64,000 nt of DNA from Chlamydiia bacterium. Lineage in GTDB: Bacteria > Chlamydiota > Chlamydiia > Chlamydiales > 2-12-FULL-49-11. Below the pieces are notes generated by a model that ran no database searches, was not told where the DNA came from, and was given only the letters and a program-made list of their open reading frames with translations. Where the stretch lies: positions 85,535 to 149,534 of the forward strand of contig JAJACQ010000020.1 in assembly GCA_022601435.1 (NCBI GenBank), given 5' to 3'. The position numbers and the translations under genes were made by a program. This document shows positions 9,534 through 17,379 of the stretch, in pieces (position 1 is the stretch's first letter; each line of letters opens with the position of its first letter).

Positions 9534-10562
9534 CTATGTAAAATTATAATGAGCCAAAAGGTTCTTGGCATAGAGAGCATCTATGTGTTTAAGGCGATCA
9601 TAGATCTTCAATCCATGTGAGGTTTTATGATGCTTGAAATATAAAATTCCTAGCTTGTATAAAATTTCTTTATCGTCTGCAACTCTATTGATAATAATTT
9701 CGTATTGCTGCATTTCTAGCTCTGAGTCATCAAACTTTGCATAGAGAGATGCAAGCTCTAGGTGGGTCCAGGGTTCAGAATCAGAAATATCACAAATGAT
9801 TTTTAGCTCCTCTATTGCTAAGGTATAATACTTCTCAAACTGGGTTTGATATTCTGTTGCTTTTGTAATTGTTGAATAGCTAAAAGCTTTTTCTAAATGA
9901 GTCCCTTTGGGGATTTTATAACACGTTGCAAGTGTGGAATAGACCTTAGAAAGGGAACTGTGAAATTCTAAACTGCAGGCGCAATCTGCTAGGACATACG
10001 AATGCTGCTCTAGAGAAATCTCTAAAAGCTTTTCTTGCATATAGAGGATGTCGTTGTAATGAAAATAGAGGAAATGCGCAATAAGGTGATTCTTAGAAAA
10101 CTTGAAAGGGTGAATCGTCAGATGAAACAGCTTTGGATCATGTACCGACTCTGCTAAATCACGTAAACACTCTGCAATTGCTAAATGCAACTTTTCAGAA
10201 TCTTCTATATTTGTTGAAAGCTTTTGATAACAATAACGACGATACTCCTTACAAATGGTATCAATAGTGTCTAGCTTTCTATTCTTTTGATAGTAGGCTA
10301 TGAGCCCATAAGAAGCTATGCTTAAAAACAATAAAGCAAAAGCAGCAGGCGTATATAGTGATCCTTGATCTCTTAAAAAAAGAGAAAAAGAGACAATCGA
10401 ACCTAATAAAATAAATGCGCAAAAAGAAAAATGTAAGAAGGCACTTTGATGGAATAGGTCCTTAAATTTACAAAAAGCAGCCTTTTTACCACGCGTGATC
10501 ACACTGGTATAAAGCTTCGGCGGGGAAGTCTCTGAGGAAAATGTTTGATAAAATGTTGCCAT
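9534..10562 (-). CDS. hypothetical protein with bilobed hydrophobic domain and helical-repeat C-terminus (Inc-like)
   Basis: 342 aa. About 38 hydrophilic N-terminal residues, then AFLHFSFCAFILLGSIVSFSLFL-RDQGSLY-TPAAFALLFLSIASYGLIAYY. The C-terminal part is TPR-like (ELASLYAKFDDSELEMQQYEIII, ILYKLGILYFKH). Confidence 0.6.
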   Translation of the reverse strand: MATFYQTFSSETSPPKLYTSVITRGKKAAFCKFKDLFHQSAFLHFSFCAFILLGSIVSFSLFLRDQGSLYTPAAFALLFLSIASYGLIAYYQKNRKLDTIDTICKEYRRYCYQKLSTNIEDSEKLHLAIAECLRDLAESVHDPKLFHLTIHPFKFSKNHLIAHFLYFHYNDILYMQEKLLEISLEQHSYVLADCACSLEFHSSLSKVYSTLATCYKIPKGTHLEKAFSYSTITKATEYQTQFEKYYTLAIEELKIICDISDSEPWTHLELASLYAKFDDSELEMQQYEIIINRVADDKEILYKLGILYFKHHKTSHGLKIYDRLKHIDALYAKNLLAHYNFT

Positions 10563-10639
10563 AGTGTACTTTTTAGTTTTTTTAAGCGTTTAACTTAAAT
10601 ATTTATATCAAAGTCTAGATAATCTCAAGCTGAATCTTT

Positions 10640-11023
10640 TTACGACTCAATCATAAAGTTGATTACCTCAAAGGGAACTCCTCCTAATTGCATGGTTACA
10701 ATATCATCAGTTGTAAGCATATACACACTTTTTGTATACTTTATGATGTGAATTAAAACTTCAGATTGAAGCCCTATTTCATGTAGAATCACGACATCTT
10801 TAACATTTAAAGGCTTTTGAATAAGAATCTTTCTTAAAACAGCTGGATAATGCGCTTCTAAAATAAGTAAATCGTCATTTGACAGCCTTGCAGCCCGAAG
10901 CGTTCGCTCACTTTTCTTTTTTTGAACTGACCCTGTTGTCGCAGACGTTGTATACGATCCACACGAAGTGAAAAAAATAATTAGAAATAAGTATAATAAT
11001 CTCATAATTATCAAATATGACAT
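10640..11023 (-). CDS. hypothetical lipoprotein
   Basis: Lipobox FFTSC follows MSYLIIMRLLYLFLII. I trimmed the ORF-track start (11134) to Met38 (11023; Met44 at 11005 is equally possible). The upstream extension runs through a palindromic repeat at 11076-11110 and precedes the signal peptide. Confidence 0.5.
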   Translation of the reverse strand: MSYLIIMRLLYLFLIIFFTSCGSYTTSATTGSVQKKKSERTLRAARLSNDDLLILEAHYPAVLRKILIQKPLNVKDVVILHEIGLQSEVLIHIIKYTKSVYMLTTDDIVTMQLGGVPFEVINFMIES

Positions 11024-11075
11024 TAACCAAATCTTTACAAGAAAAAAAGTGTTAGTTTGAGTTCTTTTTACAGAT

Positions 11076-11110
11076 CTTGGCCTTGCAGGTACCCATTCGT
11101 ACATACGGCG
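11076..11110. repeat. GTAC-core palindromic repeat (family A), copy 1
   Basis: CTTGGCCTTGCAGGTAC-CCATTC-GTACATACGGCG. Nearly identical to the copy at 33518-33568 and, in inverse orientation, to 11287-11328. Confidence 0.8.
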
Positions 11111-11149
11111 ATAAAAAAAACAATACTTTGGCATCTTTTTTCACTTATT

Positions 11150-11183
11150 AGACCTTGCCAGTGCTTAGCACAGGCAGCGGTCT
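11150..11183. repeat. imperfect GC-rich hairpin between the two family A copies
   Basis: AGACCTTGCCAGTGC-TTAG-CACAGGCAGCGGTCT: arms of about 15 nt with 3 mismatches. Confidence 0.5.
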
Positions 11184-11286
11184 AAACGAAAAAAAATATA
11201 TCCAAACTATCGCTTTTTATTTCTCGGAACTTATCAAATAAAATTCTAAAGAAAGAAAGTTATAGTTTAGATGAATTTTTTACTAT

Positions 11287-11328
11287 CCTTGGCCGCCGCA
11301 TGTACAAGTAGTACCTGCAAGGCCAAGG
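11287..11328. repeat. GTAC-core palindromic repeat (family A), copy 2, inverted relative to copy 1
   Basis: CCTTGGCCGCCGCATGTAC-AAGTA-GTACCTGCAAGGCCAAGG. The outer 8-bp stem CCTTGGCC/GGCCAAGG is perfect. Its reverse complement shares 17 identical nt (CTTGGCCTTGCAGGTAC) with copy 1. Confidence 0.8.
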
Positions 11329-11361
11329 TAGGGAAAAAGGCGCTAAACTATAATCTTTCGC

Positions 11362-12093
11362 CTAAGAAGTTACGAGCTCCTCAGCTTCAGAAACTTCCTC
11401 GGAGAGGTCTAACTTGAAACGGTAGCCAATACCTCTAACAGTATCAATCCATTTAAAGTTAGGTCCAAGCTTTCTTCTCAACGATGCAATATGCACATCG
11501 ATGTTTCTGTCCACGATGAACGAGTCATCATTATGGATATCATCAAGAAGTTGATTTCTTGTAAGCACTTTGCCTCTATTTTGAAGCAATCTTTTCAAGA
11601 TACCAAATTCTGAAAGAGTGATCGGAATCACTTTGTCATTTTTTCTTAAGAGATAGCGATCTACTTCAAGAGTAAATTCACCGAAGCTAAAGACTTTTGC
11701 TGTCTTTTCGGTATCACGCTTTCTTCTAAAGATAGCTTTTATGCGAGACATTAAAACTTTAGGAGAAAATGGCTTTTCGATATAATCGTCAGCACCAAGC
11801 TCTAGTCCTAGTAATACGTCAATTTCGTCATTTTTTGCAGATAAGATAATTAAAGGGATCCCTCTTAATTCAGGATTACTTTTTATCTTTCTACAAACAT
11901 CAAAACCATTTTGACCTGGTAACATGATGTCTAAAATGACAAGATCTGGTTTTTCGCGCTCAACAGCTCTTAGTCCGTTAATGCCATCTACTTCAACATG
12001 GAGCTTATAACCAGAAAGCTCAGCCTGAAGTTTGATCATAGAAGCAATATCTGCTTCATCTTCTATTAGTAATATTCTTTTTCTTTGTGCCAT
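11362..12093 (-). CDS. OmpR/PhoB-family response regulator (canonical receiver, no adjacent histidine kinase)
   Basis: Receiver residues are all present (LLIEDE, LVILDIMLP, ILSAK, EKPF). Winged-helix C-terminus (LTLSEFGILKRLL, VDVHIASLRRKL, TVRGIGYRF). Start moved to ATG 12093, which follows GAAAGGTGG; the ORF track starts at 12138. Confidence 0.85.
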   Translation of the reverse strand: MAQRKRILLIEDEADIASMIKLQAELSGYKLHVEVDGINGLRAVEREKPDLVILDIMLPGQNGFDVCRKIKSNPELRGIPLIILSAKNDEIDVLLGLELGADDYIEKPFSPKVLMSRIKAIFRRKRDTEKTAKVFSFGEFTLEVDRYLLRKNDKVIPITLSEFGILKRLLQNRGKVLTRNQLLDDIHNDDSFIVDRNIDVHIASLRRKLGPNFKWIDTVRGIGYRFKLDLSEEVSEAEELVTS

Positions 12094-12207
12094 GGTCCAC
12101 CTTTCTGCAAAACAATGATTGAAAAGTACTTTATACATTCAGGAATTTATTTACAAGAATTTTTGCAAAAAAGATAGAGATAAATTTTTATTTTGACAAT
12201 AGAATTT

Positions 12208-12669
12208 TTACGATTCCTTTTCGTCCATAGGGGCCAGTGAGAGCGCATTCTTCTCTAATTCATGGATCTTTTTTTTATTTTGATGGGACGCTTTGCTTTG
12301 AACTTTTAGTTCTTCTTCCATCTTATTAAGAGCCAAGTCTCTTTCCTCTTCTTTTAAGGAGTAGGCATCTACTTTTTTCTCTAATTTGGAAAGTTTTTCT
12401 TGCTGCTTATCTAAAAGTTGTTTTTGAAGGATAAGATCTCTTTGTTTTAACTCAAAAATGGTGTCTTCTGAATTTACCATTTTATTTGTTAAGATGCTCA
12501 TTTGCATCACTGTAGTATGAATATGATGCTTCATTTCTTCTAGCTCAACTCTTAGTTGATGGATCATAACATCATTTTGAGAGGAGGTAGCTGTCTTTGC
12601 ATTATTGGATACACAAGAGGTAGTAAAAAGAAAGAGAAGGAAAAATATGGGTAACTTAAATTTATTCAT
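12208..12669 (-). CDS. coiled-coil lipoprotein, last gene of the tol-pal cluster
   Basis: Lipobox LFTTSC. The rest has heptad-like charged helix sequence (LRVELEEMKHHIH, QKQLLDKQQEKLSKLEKKVD). Lies 6 nt downstream of pal, in the position held by CpoB/YbgF in proteobacterial tol-pal operons. Confidence 0.55.
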   Translation of the reverse strand: MNKFKLPIFFLLFLFTTSCVSNNAKTATSSQNDVMIHQLRVELEEMKHHIHTTVMQMSILTNKMVNSEDTIFELKQRDLILQKQLLDKQQEKLSKLEKKVDAYSLKEEERDLALNKMEEELKVQSKASHQNKKKIHELEKNALSLAPMDEKES

Positions 12670-12675
12670 GAGCGC

Positions 12676-13356
12676 TTACTTTTTTGAGTATAATTTAAAG
12701 GCTACACGTCTATTTTTTGCATAGACATCTTTTGATTTACCTTTTACAGCTGGTTTTTCCTTTCCATAAGAAATAGTATATAGTTGATTTGGATTCACTC
12801 CATAATTCACTAATATTTTTCTGATAGTACCAGCCCGTTTTGTGCCAAGAGCAAGATTATAGCTTTCAGAGGCTCTTTCATCACAGTGTCCTTCAATAAA
12901 GATAAAGGTGTTAGGGTTCTTTTTTAAATAATTTGCTATTTTTTGAAGGTCCTTTTTAGCAGTGGCTGTCTTTGGAGAGTACTGATCGGTATTAAAATAG
13001 ATTTTTTTAAAGATGGCCGCTAAGATACTATTTGGATTACTAAACATTTGGATAGAGGGGATGGGACTATTTTTTGCGCCAGGTGTAGCTGATGGTTGAG
13101 GGATAGGGATGTCGGTAATTTTTGAATTGATCTCCTCTCGATTTAAAGGAATAAATTCATCATCTGCTGCTCCAAAAAATTCAGCAGGCGTGTAAGCAAC
13201 TCGGTTTTCATTTGCAGGATCTTCTAAATATTCAATAGCCTTTGTTTTTAGAAAAGCTGTGAAATGAGTCAGTCTATCTGAGAGAGCTGAAACTTGACTT
13301 GAGCATGATGAACAGAGAAAAAGTAGGGAAAATGCAAAGATATTAATTTTTTTCAT
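12676..13356 (-). CDS. pal: peptidoglycan-associated lipoprotein Pal (OmpA-like C-terminal domain)
   Basis: Lipobox LFLCSSC. OmpA_C signature IEGHCDERASESYNLALGTKRAGTIRKILVNYGV...YGKEKP. Confidence 0.85.
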   Translation of the reverse strand: MKKINIFAFSLLFLCSSCSSQVSALSDRLTHFTAFLKTKAIEYLEDPANENRVAYTPAEFFGAADDEFIPLNREEINSKITDIPIPQPSATPGAKNSPIPSIQMFSNPNSILAAIFKKIYFNTDQYSPKTATAKKDLQKIANYLKKNPNTFIFIEGHCDERASESYNLALGTKRAGTIRKILVNYGVNPNQLYTISYGKEKPAVKGKSKDVYAKNRRVAFKLYSKK

Positions 13357-13365
13357 AGTGTGTCC

Positions 13366-14706
13366 TTATTTCTCAAAAGCTGGGTAGTGTTTTTCCCCTG
13401 AACCTTTGGTCAGTCTCCTATTGGTTTGATTTTCACTATCTAATAAGAAAAGATCTGTTGTTGGTGAGGTTGTATTATAGACAATATGCCTACTATTGCT
13501 TCCAAAACAAGGGTTTTCCTTATCTTCGGGGCCGCAAGTGAGTTGAGAGGCCTTCTTTTGGCTTATATCATAAAGCCATATTTGCCGCCTTCCATTTATT
13601 TTTCCAGAAAAAACGATTTTTTTCCCATCTGGAGAAAAAGAAGGGGCAGTACATTCAGTGCATGGTGATTTAATACGCTGTAAAGTTGGGCTTTTTCGAG
13701 ATGAAAGAGTTTCTGAAATATCAGCAATATAAATTTTTGCTACACCTGTTTTATCAGAAACAAACACAAGAGATTTATTATCAGGACTAAGTGATGGTGA
13801 AGCAGAAGTTTGGGATAGACCTGAATAAATCTGTATAGGCTTACCATAAGGTTTACTGTTAGATCCAAGAGTTTGCACAAAGACATCAGATTTTCCAGAA
13901 GCATCAGAAATGAATGCTAAGTATTTTCCATCAAAAGACATTTTTGGAAGGAGTTGATTACCTCGAAGCTTGATCAAAGAATCGCCTGTTTTTTTACCAA
14001 CATTTGAAAGATAGATTTGAGGTTGTCCTTGTTTATATGTAACGTAGACAAAGTCATAATTTCTAGAATTTTTAGAATCTTTTGTAAACTCTGGATTGAT
14101 TGAGTAGCTGTTATCAAAGGTCACTTGTTTGTTTATAAGTCCCAATGTATCAGTTTCGTAAATTTCGGCATGCCAATTATTTAAAGAAGCGATGGCGCCT
14201 TTTTGAAAAGGTTTATATGAATATAATATCCGCTTAGAAGCAATGCCTTCTGTTTTAAAAATTTGCTTCATTAAAAAATCAGAAACATTGTGAAGAGCTT
14301 TTATCGTATCATCCCGTCCTTTAGTCAATTTTATTTCTGAAAGAGATTTGATAGTTTGTTTTCGTACATCAAAAAAGTCAATAGAAAGAGTATTGTTTGA
14401 AAGATTAGTTTTAATGACAAAGTCTATTTTATGAGATTTCCATTCAGAGCTCTTGAAAAATTCTGTAGAAGTAAGTTTATTCAGAGCAAGCAGTCTATTA
14501 TTTTTTAAAAGGATGCCTCTATCATCAACTTTAAAGTCTTCTTGTAAGACGAAATTAACAAGTTTGCTTGTTTCGGAATCATTCTTAACAGGTGATATGT
14601 AGATTCTAAGAGTTTTATCTTGTGTAGGAAGTGAGATTTCTATTTCATCTGCAAAGAATCTAGATGAGAGACATAATAAGAGTAAAAACAATTTATTTTT
14701 CATCAC
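13366..14706 (-). CDS. tolB: Tol-Pal system beta-propeller protein TolB
   Basis: 446 aa with a signal peptide. Repeated propeller blades of the P.FSPDGK type (PKMSFDGKYLAFISD, PSLSPDNKSLVFVSD, PSFSPDGKKIVFSG). Sits between the tolA-like gene and pal. Confidence 0.85.
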   Translation of the reverse strand: MMKNKLFLLLLCLSSRFFADEIEISLPTQDKTLRIYISPVKNDSETSKLVNFVLQEDFKVDDRGILLKNNRLLALNKLTSTEFFKSSEWKSHKIDFVIKTNLSNNTLSIDFFDVRKQTIKSLSEIKLTKGRDDTIKALHNVSDFLMKQIFKTEGIASKRILYSYKPFQKGAIASLNNWHAEIYETDTLGLINKQVTFDNSYSINPEFTKDSKNSRNYDFVYVTYKQGQPQIYLSNVGKKTGDSLIKLRGNQLLPKMSFDGKYLAFISDASGKSDVFVQTLGSNSKPYGKPIQIYSGLSQTSASPSLSPDNKSLVFVSDKTGVAKIYIADISETLSSRKSPTLQRIKSPCTECTAPSFSPDGKKIVFSGKINGRRQIWLYDISQKKASQLTCGPEDKENPCFGSNSRHIVYNTTSPTTDLFLLDSENQTNRRLTKGSGEKHYPAFEK

Positions 14707-15352
14707 TAAACACTATGGTAAAAGTTCTATCTTCTTGTTTTTTGTAAGCAGGAAAAGAAAGAGTGCTTAAATTCGTTTGAAGATAAGCTAGATTGTCATT
14801 ACTTTCAGACAAAAGGGTGACGATCTTTGCAACTTTTCCATTTGGTCTAATCGTAAGCTTAAGTTTTACTCTTCCTTTCTCAGGAAGTGTTAAAGCTTCA
14901 GCTAAAAGATCAGAGACCATGCTTAAATATAGATTGTATTCACTTTGCGCCTTTCCTGCATCCTTTTTTGTACTTTTTTTTGTTTTTAGATTTTTATTTT
15001 TATTCGTTTTTGTCGCTATTTTAGTTTTGTTCAGGCTCTTGTTGATTGCTTTTTGAATCTTTTTTTTGGCAATTTTTTTGGTAGGCTTGCTTTTAACCTT
15101 TTTTACAATCTTCTTTGAAGGAGCTTTTTTAAGTTTAGGCTTTGCTTTTGGTTTAAAACTAGGCTTTTTAGCAATAGAAGTCTTTGCTTCTTGTTGATAG
15201 GCAACAAAAGGTTTTTCTTCTAAAAGATTTATAGTATTAATAATGATTTTCTTGCGTGGGGGATCTTTTTTTTTAGCATGATGAATTTGGATAAAGAGTA
15301 TTGGTAAATGACAAAAGGTAATAAAGAGAGGTAATTTATAGGCTTTTTTCAT
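14693..15352 (-). CDS. TolA/TonB-like energy-transducing protein with Lys-rich linker
   Basis: N-terminal TM anchor (LPLFITFCHLPILFIQI), about 90 aa of KP/KK low-complexity linker, and a small C-terminal domain (GRVKLKLTIRPNGKVAKIVTL). Start overlaps the tolR stop (ATGA at 15349-15352). Confidence 0.6.
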   Translation of the reverse strand: MKKAYKLPLFITFCHLPILFIQIHHAKKKDPPRKKIIINTINLLEEKPFVAYQQEAKTSIAKKPSFKPKAKPKLKKAPSKKIVKKVKSKPTKKIAKKKIQKAINKSLNKTKIATKTNKNKNLKTKKSTKKDAGKAQSEYNLYLSMVSDLLAEALTLPEKGRVKLKLTIRPNGKVAKIVTLLSESNDNLAYLQTNLSTLSFPAYKKQEDRTFTIVFSDEK

Positions 15353-15771
15353 GAATGTTTACTTTTTACAACTAAATCAAGAGAGTCAAATCCGCAATTT
15401 TCTATTAAATCTTTTGTCTCTGTAAAAGCGCCAAAAGACGATTGTTTATCAATAAAAAGCCTGGGAGTGATTTGCTTGTTTTGTTTATGAAGCTCTGTTA
15501 ATACAGCTCTTAAGGTTTGTTTTTCAACTTTCTTATTTTTAATGGTGAGTGATCCATCTGCGGCTAAGAAAATATTTAGCGAATCTTGCTCATTCATAGC
15601 AGATTGGACAAGAGTCTTAGATGTACTTTCTGCTAAACTTATTCTATCAAGATTTAATAGAGGGGCGATTAGGATAAATAAGATAAGGATTACAAATAAA
15701 ACATCTAATAATGGCGTTAAATTAATTAACTCATTTTCTTCAGTATGAGAAAATAGAAATGTTTTTCTCAT
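15349..15771 (-). CDS. tolR: biopolymer transport protein TolR/ExbD
   Basis: 140 aa. Contains INLTPLLDVLFVILILFI, the ExbD/TolR TM signature with conserved Asp. Start overlaps the tolQ stop (TAATG). Confidence 0.8.
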   Translation of the reverse strand: MRKTFLFSHTEENELINLTPLLDVLFVILILFILIAPLLNLDRISLAESTSKTLVQSAMNEQDSLNIFLAADGSLTIKNKKVEKQTLRAVLTELHKQNKQITPRLFIDKQSSFGAFTETKDLIENCGFDSLDLVVKSKHS

Positions 15772-16463
15772 TACACCTCCACGTTTCTATAGGCAAGCTC
15801 TAGCTCTGAAAGAATGTGGTGAGAAAAGCCTTCCATCTCACTTCCAATTTGCGAAAGAGAATTTTTAAGATAGTTATAGGCAATCAGCGCAGGTATTGCA
15901 ATAACTAGTCCTAAAACCGTTGTTGCCAAAGCAGTAGAGAGCCCTCCTAAAACAATCGCGTTTGAGGCGCTTGCCGATTTTTGAAGCTCTCCTAGAGAAA
16001 TTAAAATCCCCCAAACTGTTCCTAAAATTCCAAGAAAAGGAGCTAATGAAACAACTGTCGATAATATGAATAGATCATGCCCTAAAGACTTTACTTCTTT
16101 GTATATTGTCATTGATGAGAATTCATCGATAACCTGCATATCTCTTTGAGAAAGAAAAGTACGATGATTTTCTTTGAAGTGATGATTCTTTTGAAGAATT
16201 TGAGAGGTCTTTGACGAAATAGAATCTAACACTTTAGTAAAAGGATTTTCAGAAATAGAAAAGTCTTTTTCAAACAGAAGAGATTTTAAATCACTGCTTT
16301 GAGCTCGCCCTACAGTTTCATCACCTTGAGATTTAACGAATTTGATAAGCTTTATTTTTCTTATTAAGACTGTCCAAGAAATAATAGATAGCGCAAATAA
16401 CATGATAAAGATAAGTTTTCCGAACAGATCGGAGTCTGCATAAGATGTAAAGAAAATGCTCAT
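15771..16463 (-). CDS. tolQ: proton-channel protein TolQ/ExbB (MotA family)
   Basis: 230 aa with three TM segments. C-terminal signature LGILGTVWGILISL...GGLSTALATTVLGLVIAIPALIAYNYL. Confidence 0.85.
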   Translation of the reverse strand: MSIFFTSYADSDLFGKLIFIMLFALSIISWTVLIRKIKLIKFVKSQGDETVGRAQSSDLKSLLFEKDFSISENPFTKVLDSISSKTSQILQKNHHFKENHRTFLSQRDMQVIDEFSSMTIYKEVKSLGHDLFILSTVVSLAPFLGILGTVWGILISLGELQKSASASNAIVLGGLSTALATTVLGLVIAIPALIAYNYLKNSLSQIGSEMEGFSHHILSELELAYRNVEV

Positions 16464-16522
16464 TGATAAATTCTCCTTTTCTCTATATTATAGAAATCAT
16501 TTTTCTAAGCAAAGAGATAATT

Positions 16523-17332
16523 ATGAAAGATCAGATTTTTGAATTAATGGATTCACATGCTCATTTAACTTCGGAAGACTTTTTAATAGACGCAGAAGCT
16601 GCTATTAGTAGATGTAATGAAGAAAGCGTTACAAAAGTTATTAATATTTGCACAAATCCAAATGAATTAAGAGAAGGACTTTTATTAGAAAAAAAGTATC
16701 CAAATTTAATTAGGAATGTTGCTTCGACAACGCCTCATGATTCCCATAAAGAAACAGAAGAGTCTTTTTCGTTCTTTGAAAAGATGGCTCTGCAAAAAAG
16801 ATTAGTGGGAATTGGCGAAACAGGTTTTGATGATTTCATTGAACCAGATAACCAAAAAGAACAAATGGAAATATGTAGACGGTATATCGATTTAGGAATT
16901 AGAGCAGAATTACCAGTTGTTTTCCATGTGCGAGGGGATAAGGCTTTTGATAATCTTTTTAAGCTCTCAAAAGAATTTGATGCTTTTACAGGGATTATTC
17001 ATTGTTTTACTGGAACTATAGAGCAAGCAAAAAAAGCACTTGATTTGGGATGGTTTATTTCTATAAGTGGCATAGCGACATTTAAAAAATCTACTGAGTT
17101 AAGGGATGTGATAAAGCAAATACCACTAGATCATTTGTTAGTTGAAACAGATGCCCCTTGGCTTGCGCCTCAAGGATATAGAGGGCAAAAAAATGAACCT
17201 GCTTATGTGAGGGTTGTTGCAGAAACGCTGAGTGTCCTCTTTGAATGTTCCTTAGAAGAGGTCAGTCGAATTACTTATGAAAATGGATTAAGAGCTTTTC
17301 CACTTGCCGTTAAACCTTTTGTTGAAAACTAA
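16523..17332 (+). CDS. tatD: TatD-family metal-dependent hydrolase (YcfH-like)
   Basis: DSHAHL, GETGFD, VFHVR, IIHCFTG and ETDAPWL motifs. Start trimmed to ATG 16523 (MKDQIFELMDSHAHL); the ORF-track extension overlaps the tolQ start. Confidence 0.85.
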   Translation: MKDQIFELMDSHAHLTSEDFLIDAEAAISRCNEESVTKVINICTNPNELREGLLLEKKYPNLIRNVASTTPHDSHKETEESFSFFEKMALQKRLVGIGETGFDDFIEPDNQKEQMEICRRYIDLGIRAELPVVFHVRGDKAFDNLFKLSKEFDAFTGIIHCFTGTIEQAKKALDLGWFISISGIATFKKSTELRDVIKQIPLDHLLVETDAPWLAPQGYRGQKNEPAYVRVVAETLSVLFECSLEEVSRITYENGLRAFPLAVKPFVEN

Positions 17333-17379
17333 ATAACTAAAATATAAACTGTCATTTTTACGTCAATAAGGTGAAAGTT

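Noticed and set aside
10640-11134. Full-length version of the lipoprotein ORF starting at 11134 (MPKYCFFYRRMYEWVPARPRS...).
   Set aside because: The extension crosses the family A palindrome (11076-11110) and would bury the lipoprotein signal peptide 37-43 residues inside the protein. An internal Met is preferred. For similar reasons I trimmed the N-terminal extensions at 16463 (tatD), 46050 (uppS, TTG), 12138 (response regulator) and 17371 (sdhC, GTG).
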